Below, piece by piece: positions 9,528 through 16,713 of a DNA stretch of 32,000 bases. The stretch covers positions 150,001-182,000 of the forward strand of contig AP031373.1 of assembly GCA_042850255.1 (NCBI GenBank), in the 5' to 3' direction. Within the stretch, counting starts at the first letter, position 1. Every line of letters begins with the position of its first letter. This stretch comes from Nanobdellota archaeon. Lineage in GTDB: Archaea > Nanobdellota > Nanobdellia > Nanobdellales > Nanobdellaceae. The notes under the pieces are model-generated. The model had not been told where the DNA came from. It worked only from the letters and a program-made list of their open reading frames with translations, and did not search any database. The position numbers and the translations under genes are program-made.

Positions 9528-10469
9528 ATGGATAAAGTTAAGGATATAAAAATAAATAAGGAAATGAAACTAAAGGATTTATTAGAGGAATTTAAATATA
9601 TAGGAGGATTTCAAGCACAGGAACTTTATAGAGCATATGAAATATTAAAAGAGATGATAAATGATAAAGGTATAATAAAAGTATTAAGTTTTCCTGCAGA
9701 TATAATTGCTACAGGTACAAGGGGGTTAATAAAAGATATTATAAAAAATAAGTTATTTGATATAGTAATAACTACTACTGGAACATTGGACCATGACATT
9801 GCTAAATTGACAAAAGACTATTATTTAGGATATTTTGATTCTGATGATGTAAAGTTAAGAGAAGAAGGAATATTAAGATTAGGAAATATTTATATACCAG
9901 ATGAAAATTACGGAATTGCAATTGAAGATACTTTAAAACCAATACTAAATGATATATTTAAAGAATTAAAAGAAAAAGGTAAGAAAAATATTGGAACTTA
10001 TGAATTAATATGGGAAATTGGAAAAAGATTAGAAAAATACGATAAAAAAGAGGAAAGTATAATATATTGGAGTTATAAAAATAGTATACCAATAATAGTT
10101 CCAGGAATAACTGATGGAGCAGTTGGGACACAAATATTAATGAAAGAATATGATTATCCAGATATACAGGTATCAGTATGGGAAGATGAAAAATTCTTAG
10201 CTAGTAAATTCTTTGGAGAAAAGAAAGTAGGAGCATTAATATTAGGAGGAGGTATATCAAAACATCATACAATCTGGTGGGCACAATTTTCTGGAGGGTT
10301 GGAATATGCAATATATATATCTTCAGCAAATGAGTTAGATGGAAGTTTATCCGGAGCAAAAACAAAAGAAGCAATAACTTGGAAGAAAATAAGAAAAAAT
10401 GCTAAACATGTAAATGTTTGGGGAGATATAACTATAATTTTACCACTACTAATGTTCGACTTTTTATGA
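9528..10469 (+). CDS. dys: Deoxyhypusine synthase
   Basis: 313 aa with ITTTGTLDHDI, ITDGAVG, LGGGISKHH and the overall DHS length. Confidence 0.85.
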   Translation: MDKVKDIKINKEMKLKDLLEEFKYIGGFQAQELYRAYEILKEMINDKGIIKVLSFPADIIATGTRGLIKDIIKNKLFDIVITTTGTLDHDIAKLTKDYYLGYFDSDDVKLREEGILRLGNIYIPDENYGIAIEDTLKPILNDIFKELKEKGKKNIGTYELIWEIGKRLEKYDKKEESIIYWSYKNSIPIIVPGITDGAVGTQILMKEYDYPDIQVSVWEDEKFLASKFFGEKKVGALILGGGISKHHTIWWAQFSGGLEYAIYISSANELDGSLSGAKTKEAITWKKIRKNAKHVNVWGDITIILPLLMFDFL

Positions 10470-10498
10470 ATTTAAATCTTTTTTAAATATATATTTTA

Positions 10499-11050
10499 AT
10501 GGAAGAACCAAAGTTTGATAAAAATAACGTAATTTTAATAGTATGGGATGTACAAAAAATGTTGGTAGAAAATATTTTTAATAAGGAAGAATTTTTGAAT
10601 GGATTAAATAGAACCATAGAATTTTGTAGAAAAAATAATATACCAGTATTATTTACAAAAATAACGCCATATCCAAAAGGATTTGAACCAAAGATATATA
10701 CAAAAATGAGATGGAGAGGAGAATTTAAGCCTGAAATGTTAGAATTATATATAAAACCTGATGAAAATGATATAATAATAAATAAAAATACATGGAGTTT
10801 ATTTGTAGGAACAAATGTAGAACTATTATTGAGAAATTCTGGAAGAAATATATTATTATTTACTGGAATAGCAACAGAAGTTGGTGTAGAAACTTCTGCA
10901 AGACATGCTTATGCATTAGGATTTACTCCAATAATAGTAGAAGACGCTGTATCCTCTAGTGATAAAGAAGGACATTTAAGATCTTTAGAAAATATGAAAA
11001 AATTCTTCTTAGTAATAAAATCTAGTGAATTAGAAAAATATATAATCTGA
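10499..11050 (+). CDS. Isochorismatase/cysteine-hydrolase-fold protein
   Basis: LIVWDVQ (Asp), INKNTWSLF (Lys) and GIATEVGVETSARHA. The last motif has Gly where the family nucleophile Cys normally sits. Confidence 0.75.
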   Translation: MEEPKFDKNNVILIVWDVQKMLVENIFNKEEFLNGLNRTIEFCRKNNIPVLFTKITPYPKGFEPKIYTKMRWRGEFKPEMLELYIKPDENDIIINKNTWSLFVGTNVELLLRNSGRNILLFTGIATEVGVETSARHAYALGFTPIIVEDAVSSSDKEGHLRSLENMKKFFLVIKSSELEKYII

Positions 11051-11098
11051 TTACCCTCTTTTCATCATTTTTCAGGCGACATCGATCTCTTCATATAT
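11045..11098 (-). ncRNA. Candidate C/D-box sRNA with variant terminal boxes
   Basis: The minus strand reads ATGAAGA-(12 nt GATCGATGTCGC)-CTGA-AAA-ATGATGA-(12 nt AAAGAGGGTAAT)-CAGA. The two 12-nt spacers are canonical. The outer C and D boxes each deviate by one base. The 3' end overlaps the stop codon of the isochorismatase-like gene. Confidence 0.5.
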
Positions 11099-11185
11099 TT
11101 TTTATAAAATTTAATATTAATATTTATTTTGTCGCACCTCCTAATCAATGAGGGAATCCGAGTATGAAGCTGGTGATACCGCGGT

Positions 11186-11383
11186 TTATCTTAATCTAGT
11201 TAATTTTTCATATTTATTATATTCTCCAATTAATTCATTAAGTATAGTTCTGATATCTCTAAATTCTTTAACTTCGATTTTAACGTTTCCTTTTTTAATT
11301 CCTTTTTCTTCTCCTTCTATTGCCTTTTCTAATTCTTTAGTTAAACTCTTCATTTTATTTAATATATGTTCTGGATCTTCCAT
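11186..11383 (-). CDS. Hypothetical small K/E-rich protein
   Basis: 65-aa ORF, helical and charged, with no recognisable motif. The plus-strand ORF 11148..11423 is its shadow. Confidence 0.4.
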   Translation of the reverse strand: MEDPEHILNKMKSLTKELEKAIEGEEKGIKKGNVKIEVKEFRDIRTILNELIGEYNKYEKLTRLR

Positions 11384-11461
11384 GGATTATATTTTAATTT
11401 TTGGATTATATAAATTTTTATAATAAAATATTAAGATTATATTTTCGATTTTATAGTATGA

Positions 11462-11782
11462 TTATCTTATATATTTTATTTTTTCATTTTCTAAAACTTG
11501 TAACTCTTGTATTTCTTTCCCCATTTCATTATATAAATTTATTATTTCTTTTAAATCTATAGCATCATTTCTTATTAATTTTCTTTCCTCATTCATATCC
11601 TTTTGTGCATTTTTAGGATGTTTTATTATATCATTTAATGGTTTTTCTTCCTTTTTAACTAAATTCAACTCATCTTTTATCTTTTTAACAAAATCTTCTG
11701 CCTTTTTCTCTAAATCTTGTAATAACTTTAATTGTCTTAGTTCTATATTTAATTCATTTGATAATTGATTTGGAGCACTCAT
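11462..11782 (-). CDS. Hypothetical coiled-coil protein
   Basis: 106 aa with a heptad-like K/E/L pattern and no family assignment. Confidence 0.45.
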   Translation of the reverse strand: MSAPNQLSNELNIELRQLKLLQDLEKKAEDFVKKIKDELNLVKKEEKPLNDIIKHPKNAQKDMNEERKLIRNDAIDLKEIINLYNEMGKEIQELQVLENEKIKYIR

Positions 11783-11903
11783 AATAAAATATACAACTAT
11801 CTCATATATAAATTTAAAGAAAATTTCATTTATATTTATTTAATAGTATAATTTTATATAATATTTTTATTTCTTTTATTAATTTAAATTATATTTCTTA
11901 TAA

Positions 11904-12635
11904 CTATAACCAAAAACCTTTTATTTTTCCTTTTTGCCAATCATATAATATTATCCTAGAAACTTTTTTTACCCAATCTTTATCTTTTATGTTATATCTT
12001 TCTTTTAATTTAATGAATAAATCTTTTAAATTATTTATTTCTATATTATAAGCTTCTTCAAAAGGTTTCTTACCTATATGTTTATATAGATATATTACAG
12101 ACTTTTGGGGGAATTGTAATTTTTCTACCCTTATAGCTCCTAAAATTGATAACAAATATTCATTTTTTGGTAAAACTATTCCTGGAGAATCTATTAGATA
12201 AAACTTTCTTGATAATTTTATAATCTGTAATCCTCTAGTAAATCCAGGAATAGGAGATGTTCTAGCTCTTTTTCTTCCTACTAGCAAATTTATTATAGAA
12301 GATTTTCCAGTATTTGGATATCCAAATAATCCTATATATGCTTTTTCTTTATCCTTTCCTAATTCTTTTATTATTTTTCTTAACTTTCTACTTCCTTTTC
12401 TATTTTTTGATGATACATAAACTGTTGGATATTCATTATTAAATTCTTCCATTACTATTTCTATAAAATCTTCTGTTACCAGATCAGATTTGTTTAAAAC
12501 AAGTATTAGATGCTTATTTCTTTCTTTTATATATTTTTCTATAGATCTAATCCTACATGCCTTTGGAAATCTAGAATCTAAAACTTCAAGGAGTATATCA
12601 GATCTTTCTATAAGATCTTTTATTCTAATATTCAT
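11904..12635 (-). CDS. Circularly permuted GTPase (YlqF/YawG-type ribosome-biogenesis GTPase)
   Basis: G4 (LNKSDL) comes before G1 (GYPNTGKSS), which comes before G3 (DSPG). This permuted order defines the cpGTPase class. Confidence 0.8.
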   Translation of the reverse strand: MNIRIKDLIERSDILLEVLDSRFPKACRIRSIEKYIKERNKHLILVLNKSDLVTEDFIEIVMEEFNNEYPTVYVSSKNRKGSRKLRKIIKELGKDKEKAYIGLFGYPNTGKSSIINLLVGRKRARTSPIPGFTRGLQIIKLSRKFYLIDSPGIVLPKNEYLLSILGAIRVEKLQFPQKSVIYLYKHIGKKPFEEAYNIEINNLKDLFIKLKERYNIKDKDWVKKVSRIILYDWQKGKIKGFWL

Positions 12636-12721
12636 AGTATAGTATTAAAATAAGTTAAAATTAAATTTTTTATTGTGAATATATGTTAAAGATTTATAAG
12701 TTAAATAAATAATAATATTAT

Positions 12722-12919
12722 ATGGCAGCAAGAAGAGGAAAAACATTAAAAGAAATTTTATTAGAATTATTAAAAAATCCAATGACAATTGAAGAATTAG
12801 TTAAAGCAGTTAAATCAAAAAGACCAAGAACAAGAGTGAGAGTTATTAAGGCCTTAGTATCTAGATTAGTAAAAGAAGGTTCTTTAAAGAAGATGGGAGA
12901 CAAAATACAAAAAGCCTAA
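12722..12919 (+). CDS. Small basic winged-helix-like protein
   Basis: 65 aa, K/R-rich (MAARRGKTLKEILLELLKNPMTIEELVKAV...VSRLVKEGSLKK). Codon GC is higher than in the surrounding spacers. The family is not identified. Confidence 0.55.
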   Translation: MAARRGKTLKEILLELLKNPMTIEELVKAVKSKRPRTRVRVIKALVSRLVKEGSLKKMGDKIQKA

Positions 12920-12975
12920 ATCAGTTTTTAATTTTTCTTCATTTTTATCTGAAGAACCGATGTTCATCATATAAA
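12917..12975 (-). ncRNA. Candidate C/D-box sRNA
   Basis: The minus strand reads ATGATGA-(12 nt ACATCGGTTCTT)-CAGA-TAAAA-ATGAAGA-(11 nt AAAATTAAAAA)-CTGA. The outer C and D boxes are canonical and the inner C'/D' boxes are one-base variants. Confidence 0.6.
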
Positions 12976-12976
12976 A

Positions 12977-12984
12977 TTATATTT
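12977..12984 (+). promoter_or_regulatory. Putative TATA box for tRNA-Ala (TTATATTT, -30..-23 relative to the mature 5' end)
   Basis: The same octamer lies at exactly the same distance upstream of tRNA-Gly (15107..15114). The AT-rich background weakens the call. Confidence 0.45.
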
Positions 12985-13006
12985 TTCTTATTAATATAAA
13001 AATATA

Positions 13007-13078
13007 GGGCCCGTAGTCTAGTCGTAGGATGTCGGCCTGGCTAGCCGGAGATCCCGGGTTCAAATCCCGGCGGGTCCA
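13007..13078 (+). tRNA. tRNA-Ala (anticodon GGC)
   Basis: Hand-folded cloverleaf: acceptor GGGCCCG/CGGGTCC with the G3:U70 Ala identity pair, anticodon stem TCGGC/GCCGG, loop CTGGCTA, T-arm CCGGG-TTCAAAT-CCCGG, discriminator A. No CCA is encoded. Confidence 0.9.
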
Positions 13079-14281
13079 CTAATTTAGACTTCTATTTAAA
13101 ATCAAATTAGCGATTATTAAATAATCTCTTAGCTCTCTAGTTATTAAGAAATTTTTTCTAACATGTTCTTTTCCATTTTCTCCCAATTTTTCTCTTATTT
13201 CCTTATTTTTTAGTAAATACATTATATAATGAGCTGCTTCCTCTGGAGTATTTACTAAATATCCAGTCACATTATTAATTACTTGTAAAGGTATTCCACC
13301 AGTATTTCCACCAATTACAGGTTTTTCTTTCCATAAAGCTTCACTAATAGTTAATCCAAATCCTTCCTTTATAGATTTTTGAAGAACTACTGTAGCACTT
13401 CTCTGAAATGCATTGACTTCCAAATAACTATTAGGAGGCAACATTAATAATTTTATATCTTTATCATCACCTGCTACTTTAACAGTTTCTTCATATACTA
13501 CTTCACTTTCAGGATCATCAGAAGCTGGACTACCTAAATAAACTAATTGAACATCATAACTTGACTTTACTATTTTATAAGCTTTTATAACTCCTATAGG
13601 ATCCTTTGCCCTGTCAAATCTAGATACTTGTAATATTATTGGCCTTTCTGGATTTACATCATATCTATATAATATTCTTCTTATAGTTATTTCTGGTATT
13701 TCTTTATTTCTAGGACTCAGAGGATCTATAGATGGTGGGACAATATATTGAGGTTTGTTTATATCATCCCTACCAAATATTTGAGATGATACTATTATAC
13801 TATCATATTGTTCTACATATTTCTTTAAAAAACTCCAAACAGGTTGATAAGGATTTGAAATATCTATATGACATCTCCATATCCACTTACCACCTTTTTT
13901 AAATTTTATTAAACCTAAAGGTTGAGGATCGTGAACAAATATTATATCATAATCTAGATCTAATTCTTCCCCATTTATTTCTTGCCATCTATTGTATATT
14001 TGAAAAGCATCCTTTGGTAAATTTCCAAAACCATTTTGCAAAGAATTATGAAAAGACTTTGTTACAGTAAAGAATTCTTTATCTCCTCTAATAATTTTCC
14101 AATCAGTTTCTATACCAAGTTCCTTCATCAATGGAACTATCCTATTTAATATTGTAGCAACTCCTCCACCACTTGGAGTAGAATTTATATGAAGTATAGA
14201 TACTCCATTCAATTTCTCCGCTATTTTTATAATATTATCTAATTCCTCTTCCCCTATTATACTTTCGTATTTTTCTATCAT
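13079..14281 (-). CDS. treT: Trehalose glycosyltransferring synthase (TreT-type GT4 glycosyltransferase)
   Basis: HINSTPSGGGVATILNRIVPLMKELGIETDWKII.G...FF.VTKSFHNSLQ, HDPQP, WRCHID, PPSIDPLS, QVSRFD and EGFGLTISEALWKEKPVIG are collinear with archaeal TreT as I remember it. The stop codon directly abuts the tRNA-Ala 3' end. Confidence 0.8.
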   Translation of the reverse strand: MIEKYESIIGEEELDNIIKIAEKLNGVSILHINSTPSGGGVATILNRIVPLMKELGIETDWKIIRGDKEFFTVTKSFHNSLQNGFGNLPKDAFQIYNRWQEINGEELDLDYDIIFVHDPQPLGLIKFKKGGKWIWRCHIDISNPYQPVWSFLKKYVEQYDSIIVSSQIFGRDDINKPQYIVPPSIDPLSPRNKEIPEITIRRILYRYDVNPERPIILQVSRFDRAKDPIGVIKAYKIVKSSYDVQLVYLGSPASDDPESEVVYEETVKVAGDDKDIKLLMLPPNSYLEVNAFQRSATVVLQKSIKEGFGLTISEALWKEKPVIGGNTGGIPLQVINNVTGYLVNTPEEAAHYIMYLLKNKEIREKLGENGKEHVRKNFLITRELRDYLIIANLILNRSLN

Positions 14282-14958
14282 GAAAATATTAATTCTTCTA
14301 TTCTTTTTATTATTTCCTGCCTTAATTTCTCTCCATCATCATAAATTATTGGATCTATAGAAGATAAAGAATCTGACAGAGTCCTTAAACCATAGTTTTC
14401 CTCTATCCATAAAGAAAAATCATTTTTTGTAGTTTCTCCCATTAATCTTCTAAATATAAAATGATAAATTATAGAATTTATAGATATTACTGAAATATTA
14501 TCTATTAATTCTCCTAAATCTTTTGCTATCTTATCATTTTTAAATATAAATGGAGTACAAGAAATAAAAATAAATGGTTTAGATGCTTTTTCATCAATTT
14601 TATTTTCTTCTAATATTTTTATTATATCATTTCTAATATTTTCTATATTTTTAGGTTCTCTTCCATCTAATTTAGATAATTTTTTAGATAATTCTATATC
14701 ATGTAATTCTTCTTTTACCCATAAAGCGAAATCATTATGTAATTCTCCAGGAACTGTATAATTTATAAATAATTGATGAAAAACATGGTAAAATATAGAT
14801 AATTTATCTACTTTCTTTATTCCCTCAATTAATTGGTTTACATCATATGCCTTTATATTTGTATATTTAGGGATATAGTATGAACTTAGAAATTCAAAGG
14901 GTTTTTGTGCTGGTTTGTCTAATAATTCTTTATCAATCATGGAAAATTTCTTATACAA
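14278..14958 (-). CDS. Hypothetical protein with an internal two-fold repeat, ATGA-coupled to treT
   Basis: The repeats are SIFYHVFHQLF...NDFALWVKEE...LSKLD and SIIYHFIFRRL...NDFSLWIEEN...LSSID. There is a 4-nt overlap with the treT start. Confidence 0.65.
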   Translation of the reverse strand: MYKKFSMIDKELLDKPAQKPFEFLSSYYIPKYTNIKAYDVNQLIEGIKKVDKLSIFYHVFHQLFINYTVPGELHNDFALWVKEELHDIELSKKLSKLDGREPKNIENIRNDIIKILEENKIDEKASKPFIFISCTPFIFKNDKIAKDLGELIDNISVISINSIIYHFIFRRLMGETTKNDFSLWIEENYGLRTLSDSLSSIDPIIYDDGEKLRQEIIKRIEELIFS

Positions 14959-15106
14959 AAAATTTAAATCATTTCGTTATATTTTGATAAATCTTATCAT
15001 TATATCAATAAATAATGTAGTATAATATTAAAAAAATAAATTAAATTAGTATTTGTTATAATGCTATAATTATTAAATATGATAACATTCAAATAAATTT
15101 AAGTTT

Positions 15107-15114
15107 TTATATTT
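15107..15114 (+). promoter_or_regulatory. Putative TATA box for tRNA-Gly (TTATATTT, -30..-23)
   Basis: Identical octamer and identical spacing to the tRNA-Ala upstream region. Confidence 0.45.
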
Positions 15115-15136
15115 ATATTATAGATATTATTCTATA

Positions 15137-15207
15137 GCACCCGTCGTCTAGTGGTAGGATGCGGGCCTTCCAAGCCCGCGGCCCGGGTTCAAATCCCGGC
15201 GGGTGCA
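15137..15207 (+). tRNA. tRNA-Gly (anticodon UCC)
   Basis: Acceptor GCACCCG/CGGGTGC, D-arm GTCT-AGTGGTA-GGAT, anticodon stem CGGGC/GCCCG, loop CTTCCAA, T-arm CCGGG-TTCAAAT-CCCGG, discriminator A. No CCA is encoded. Confidence 0.9.
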
Positions 15208-15411
15208 TCTAAAATATCTAAGATATATATGTAAATACTGTTTGTTCTATAGGCTGATATTATGTATATATAACTATGAATGTATTAAGTTATAAGAATA
15301 CTCTGATAGACTATCTTATGATGGATAAAAAATAAGATTAAAAGAATATTAAGATGTTTTATCAAAAATCTAAATAACAATTTATTAATATTGAAATTCT
15401 TATTTAGGAAT

Positions 15412-16713
15412 ATGGATATTATAGTTGGAAGGTCTTTAGATGATTTAGAAAAATATGGTTATTTAGGATCTATTTACATTGGAAAAGAATATATAAAAAT
15501 GGAAAATGCCATATCATTAGCAAATAAAGTATATTTAGATGTTAACTTGCCACATTTAATATTAATTGCTGGAAAAAGAGGACAAGGAAAAAGTTATACA
15601 TTGGCTTCTATGTTTGAAAGTTTATCATTATTGGAAAAAGATTTATTAGAAAATTTTTCAGGATTGATATTTGATACTATGGGTATATTTTGGACAATGA
15701 AGTTTCCAAATTATAGAGATGCAGAATTATTGGAAAAATGGGATTTAAAACCTCAATCTGTTCAAAATGCTAGAATATTAGTACCTAGAGGATTAATAGA
15801 TGAATATAGAAAAATAAATATACCTATAGATGATGTTTTTGAATTAAATCCTGCAGATTTATCTGGAATAGAATGGGCTCTAACATTTAATTTAGATCCT
15901 TCCTCAACAATCGCATTATATATACAAAGAATAATAAAGAAGATGAAAGAAAATTCCAATGGGTATTCTATACAGGATATAATAGATTATACTCAAAAAT
16001 TAAATATTGATAATAAAATAAAAAATGCTATAATAACATATTTTGATAGTGCAGATAGTTGGGGTTTATTTTCTGAAAAAGCAGAAACAATTAGAAATTT
16101 AATAAAACCTGGGTATATAAATATTCTAGATGTTTCATTATATACTGCAATAACTGGTGGATGGTCTATAAAAAATTTAGTTATAGGATTAGTAGCTAAA
16201 AAAATATTTTATCAAAGATTATTATATAGAAAGGTCGAAGAACTAGAAGAAATATATATTTCAAAAGAATTAGGTAATAGAAAGTTTCCATTAATTTGGA
16301 TGGCAATAGATGAAGCACATGAAGCATTGCCAAATGATTCTATAACTCCAGCAACAGAACCTTTAATACAAATAATAAGAGAAGGAAGACAGCCTGGAAT
16401 AACATTAGTATTAGCAACTCAGCAACCTGGAAAAATGCATACAGATGTTATAACACAAAGTGATGTTGTAATTTCCCATAGAGTAACTGCAGAAAAGGAT
16501 TTAAAATCTTTAAATGAGATAATGAAAAATTTTACTGCACAAGATATAGATATTTATATGAATGAAAATTTACCAAAAAGAAAAGGAGCCGCATTAATTT
16601 TAGATGATAAATCTGAAAAAATATATCCTGTACAAATGAAACCTAGATTTTCTTGGCATGGGGGTGCAGATCCTACTTTAATTAGAAAGAGATTATGGTT
16701 AGAATCCAAGTAA
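15412..16713 (+). CDS. HerA/DUF87-like P-loop ATPase (FtsK-HerA superfamily)
   Basis: Walker A is AGKRGQGKS and Walker B is LIWMAIDEAHE. Also present are REGRQPGITLVLATQQPG, ISHRV and a C-terminal KPRFSWHGG. The track starts at TTG 15391. I prefer ATG 15412, which has TTTATTAA about 30 nt upstream. No transmembrane segment is present. Confidence 0.85.
   Translation: MDIIVGRSLDDLEKYGYLGSIYIGKEYIKMENAISLANKVYLDVNLPHLILIAGKRGQGKSYTLASMFESLSLLEKDLLENFSGLIFDTMGIFWTMKFPNYRDAELLEKWDLKPQSVQNARILVPRGLIDEYRKINIPIDDVFELNPADLSGIEWALTFNLDPSSTIALYIQRIIKKMKENSNGYSIQDIIDYTQKLNIDNKIKNAIITYFDSADSWGLFSEKAETIRNLIKPGYINILDVSLYTAITGGWSIKNLVIGLVAKKIFYQRLLYRKVEELEEIYISKELGNRKFPLIWMAIDEAHEALPNDSITPATEPLIQIIREGRQPGITLVLATQQPGKMHTDVITQSDVVISHRVTAEKDLKSLNEIMKNFTAQDIDIYMNENLPKRKGAALILDDKSEKIYPVQMKPRFSWHGGADPTLIRKRLWLESK

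Noticed and set aside
11076-11087. The D' guide of the 11045..11098 sRNA candidate (GATCGATGTCGC) resembles the conserved 23S peptidyl-transferase-region segment ..CUCGAUGUCGGC..
   Set aside because: The similarity is in the same sense as the rRNA, not complementary, so it cannot be the guide-target duplex. The plus strand, which would be complementary, has the boxes in reverse-complement form and cannot be a C/D RNA. I treat it as coincidence.
11131-11185. The GC-rich island as a split-tRNA half or permuted tRNA (as known from N. equitans)
   Set aside because: There is no T-loop (GTTCRAATC) or D-loop signature and no acceptor-like stem. I could not fold any tRNA half, so it is reported only as an unclassified GC island.
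13052-15204. A 23-nt perfect repeat CCCGGGTTCAAATCCCGGCGGGT at 13052..13074 and 15182..15204
   Set aside because: It is simply the shared T-arm and 3' acceptor portion of tRNA-Ala and tRNA-Gly. It is not an att site or a repeat element.
15250-15335. Box-like motifs (CTGA, ATGAATG, CTGA, ATGATGG) in the spacer between tRNA-Gly and the ATPase gene
   Set aside because: The order and spacing do not fit a C-D'-C'-D arrangement on either strand, and there is no terminal D box after the ATGATGG.
15391-15411. TTG start codons proposed by the track for the ATPase (15391) and rps19e (20473)
   Set aside because: In both cases an in-frame ATG lies 3-7 codons downstream (15412 and 20464). That ATG begins the conserved part of the protein and is better placed relative to the TATA-like elements.
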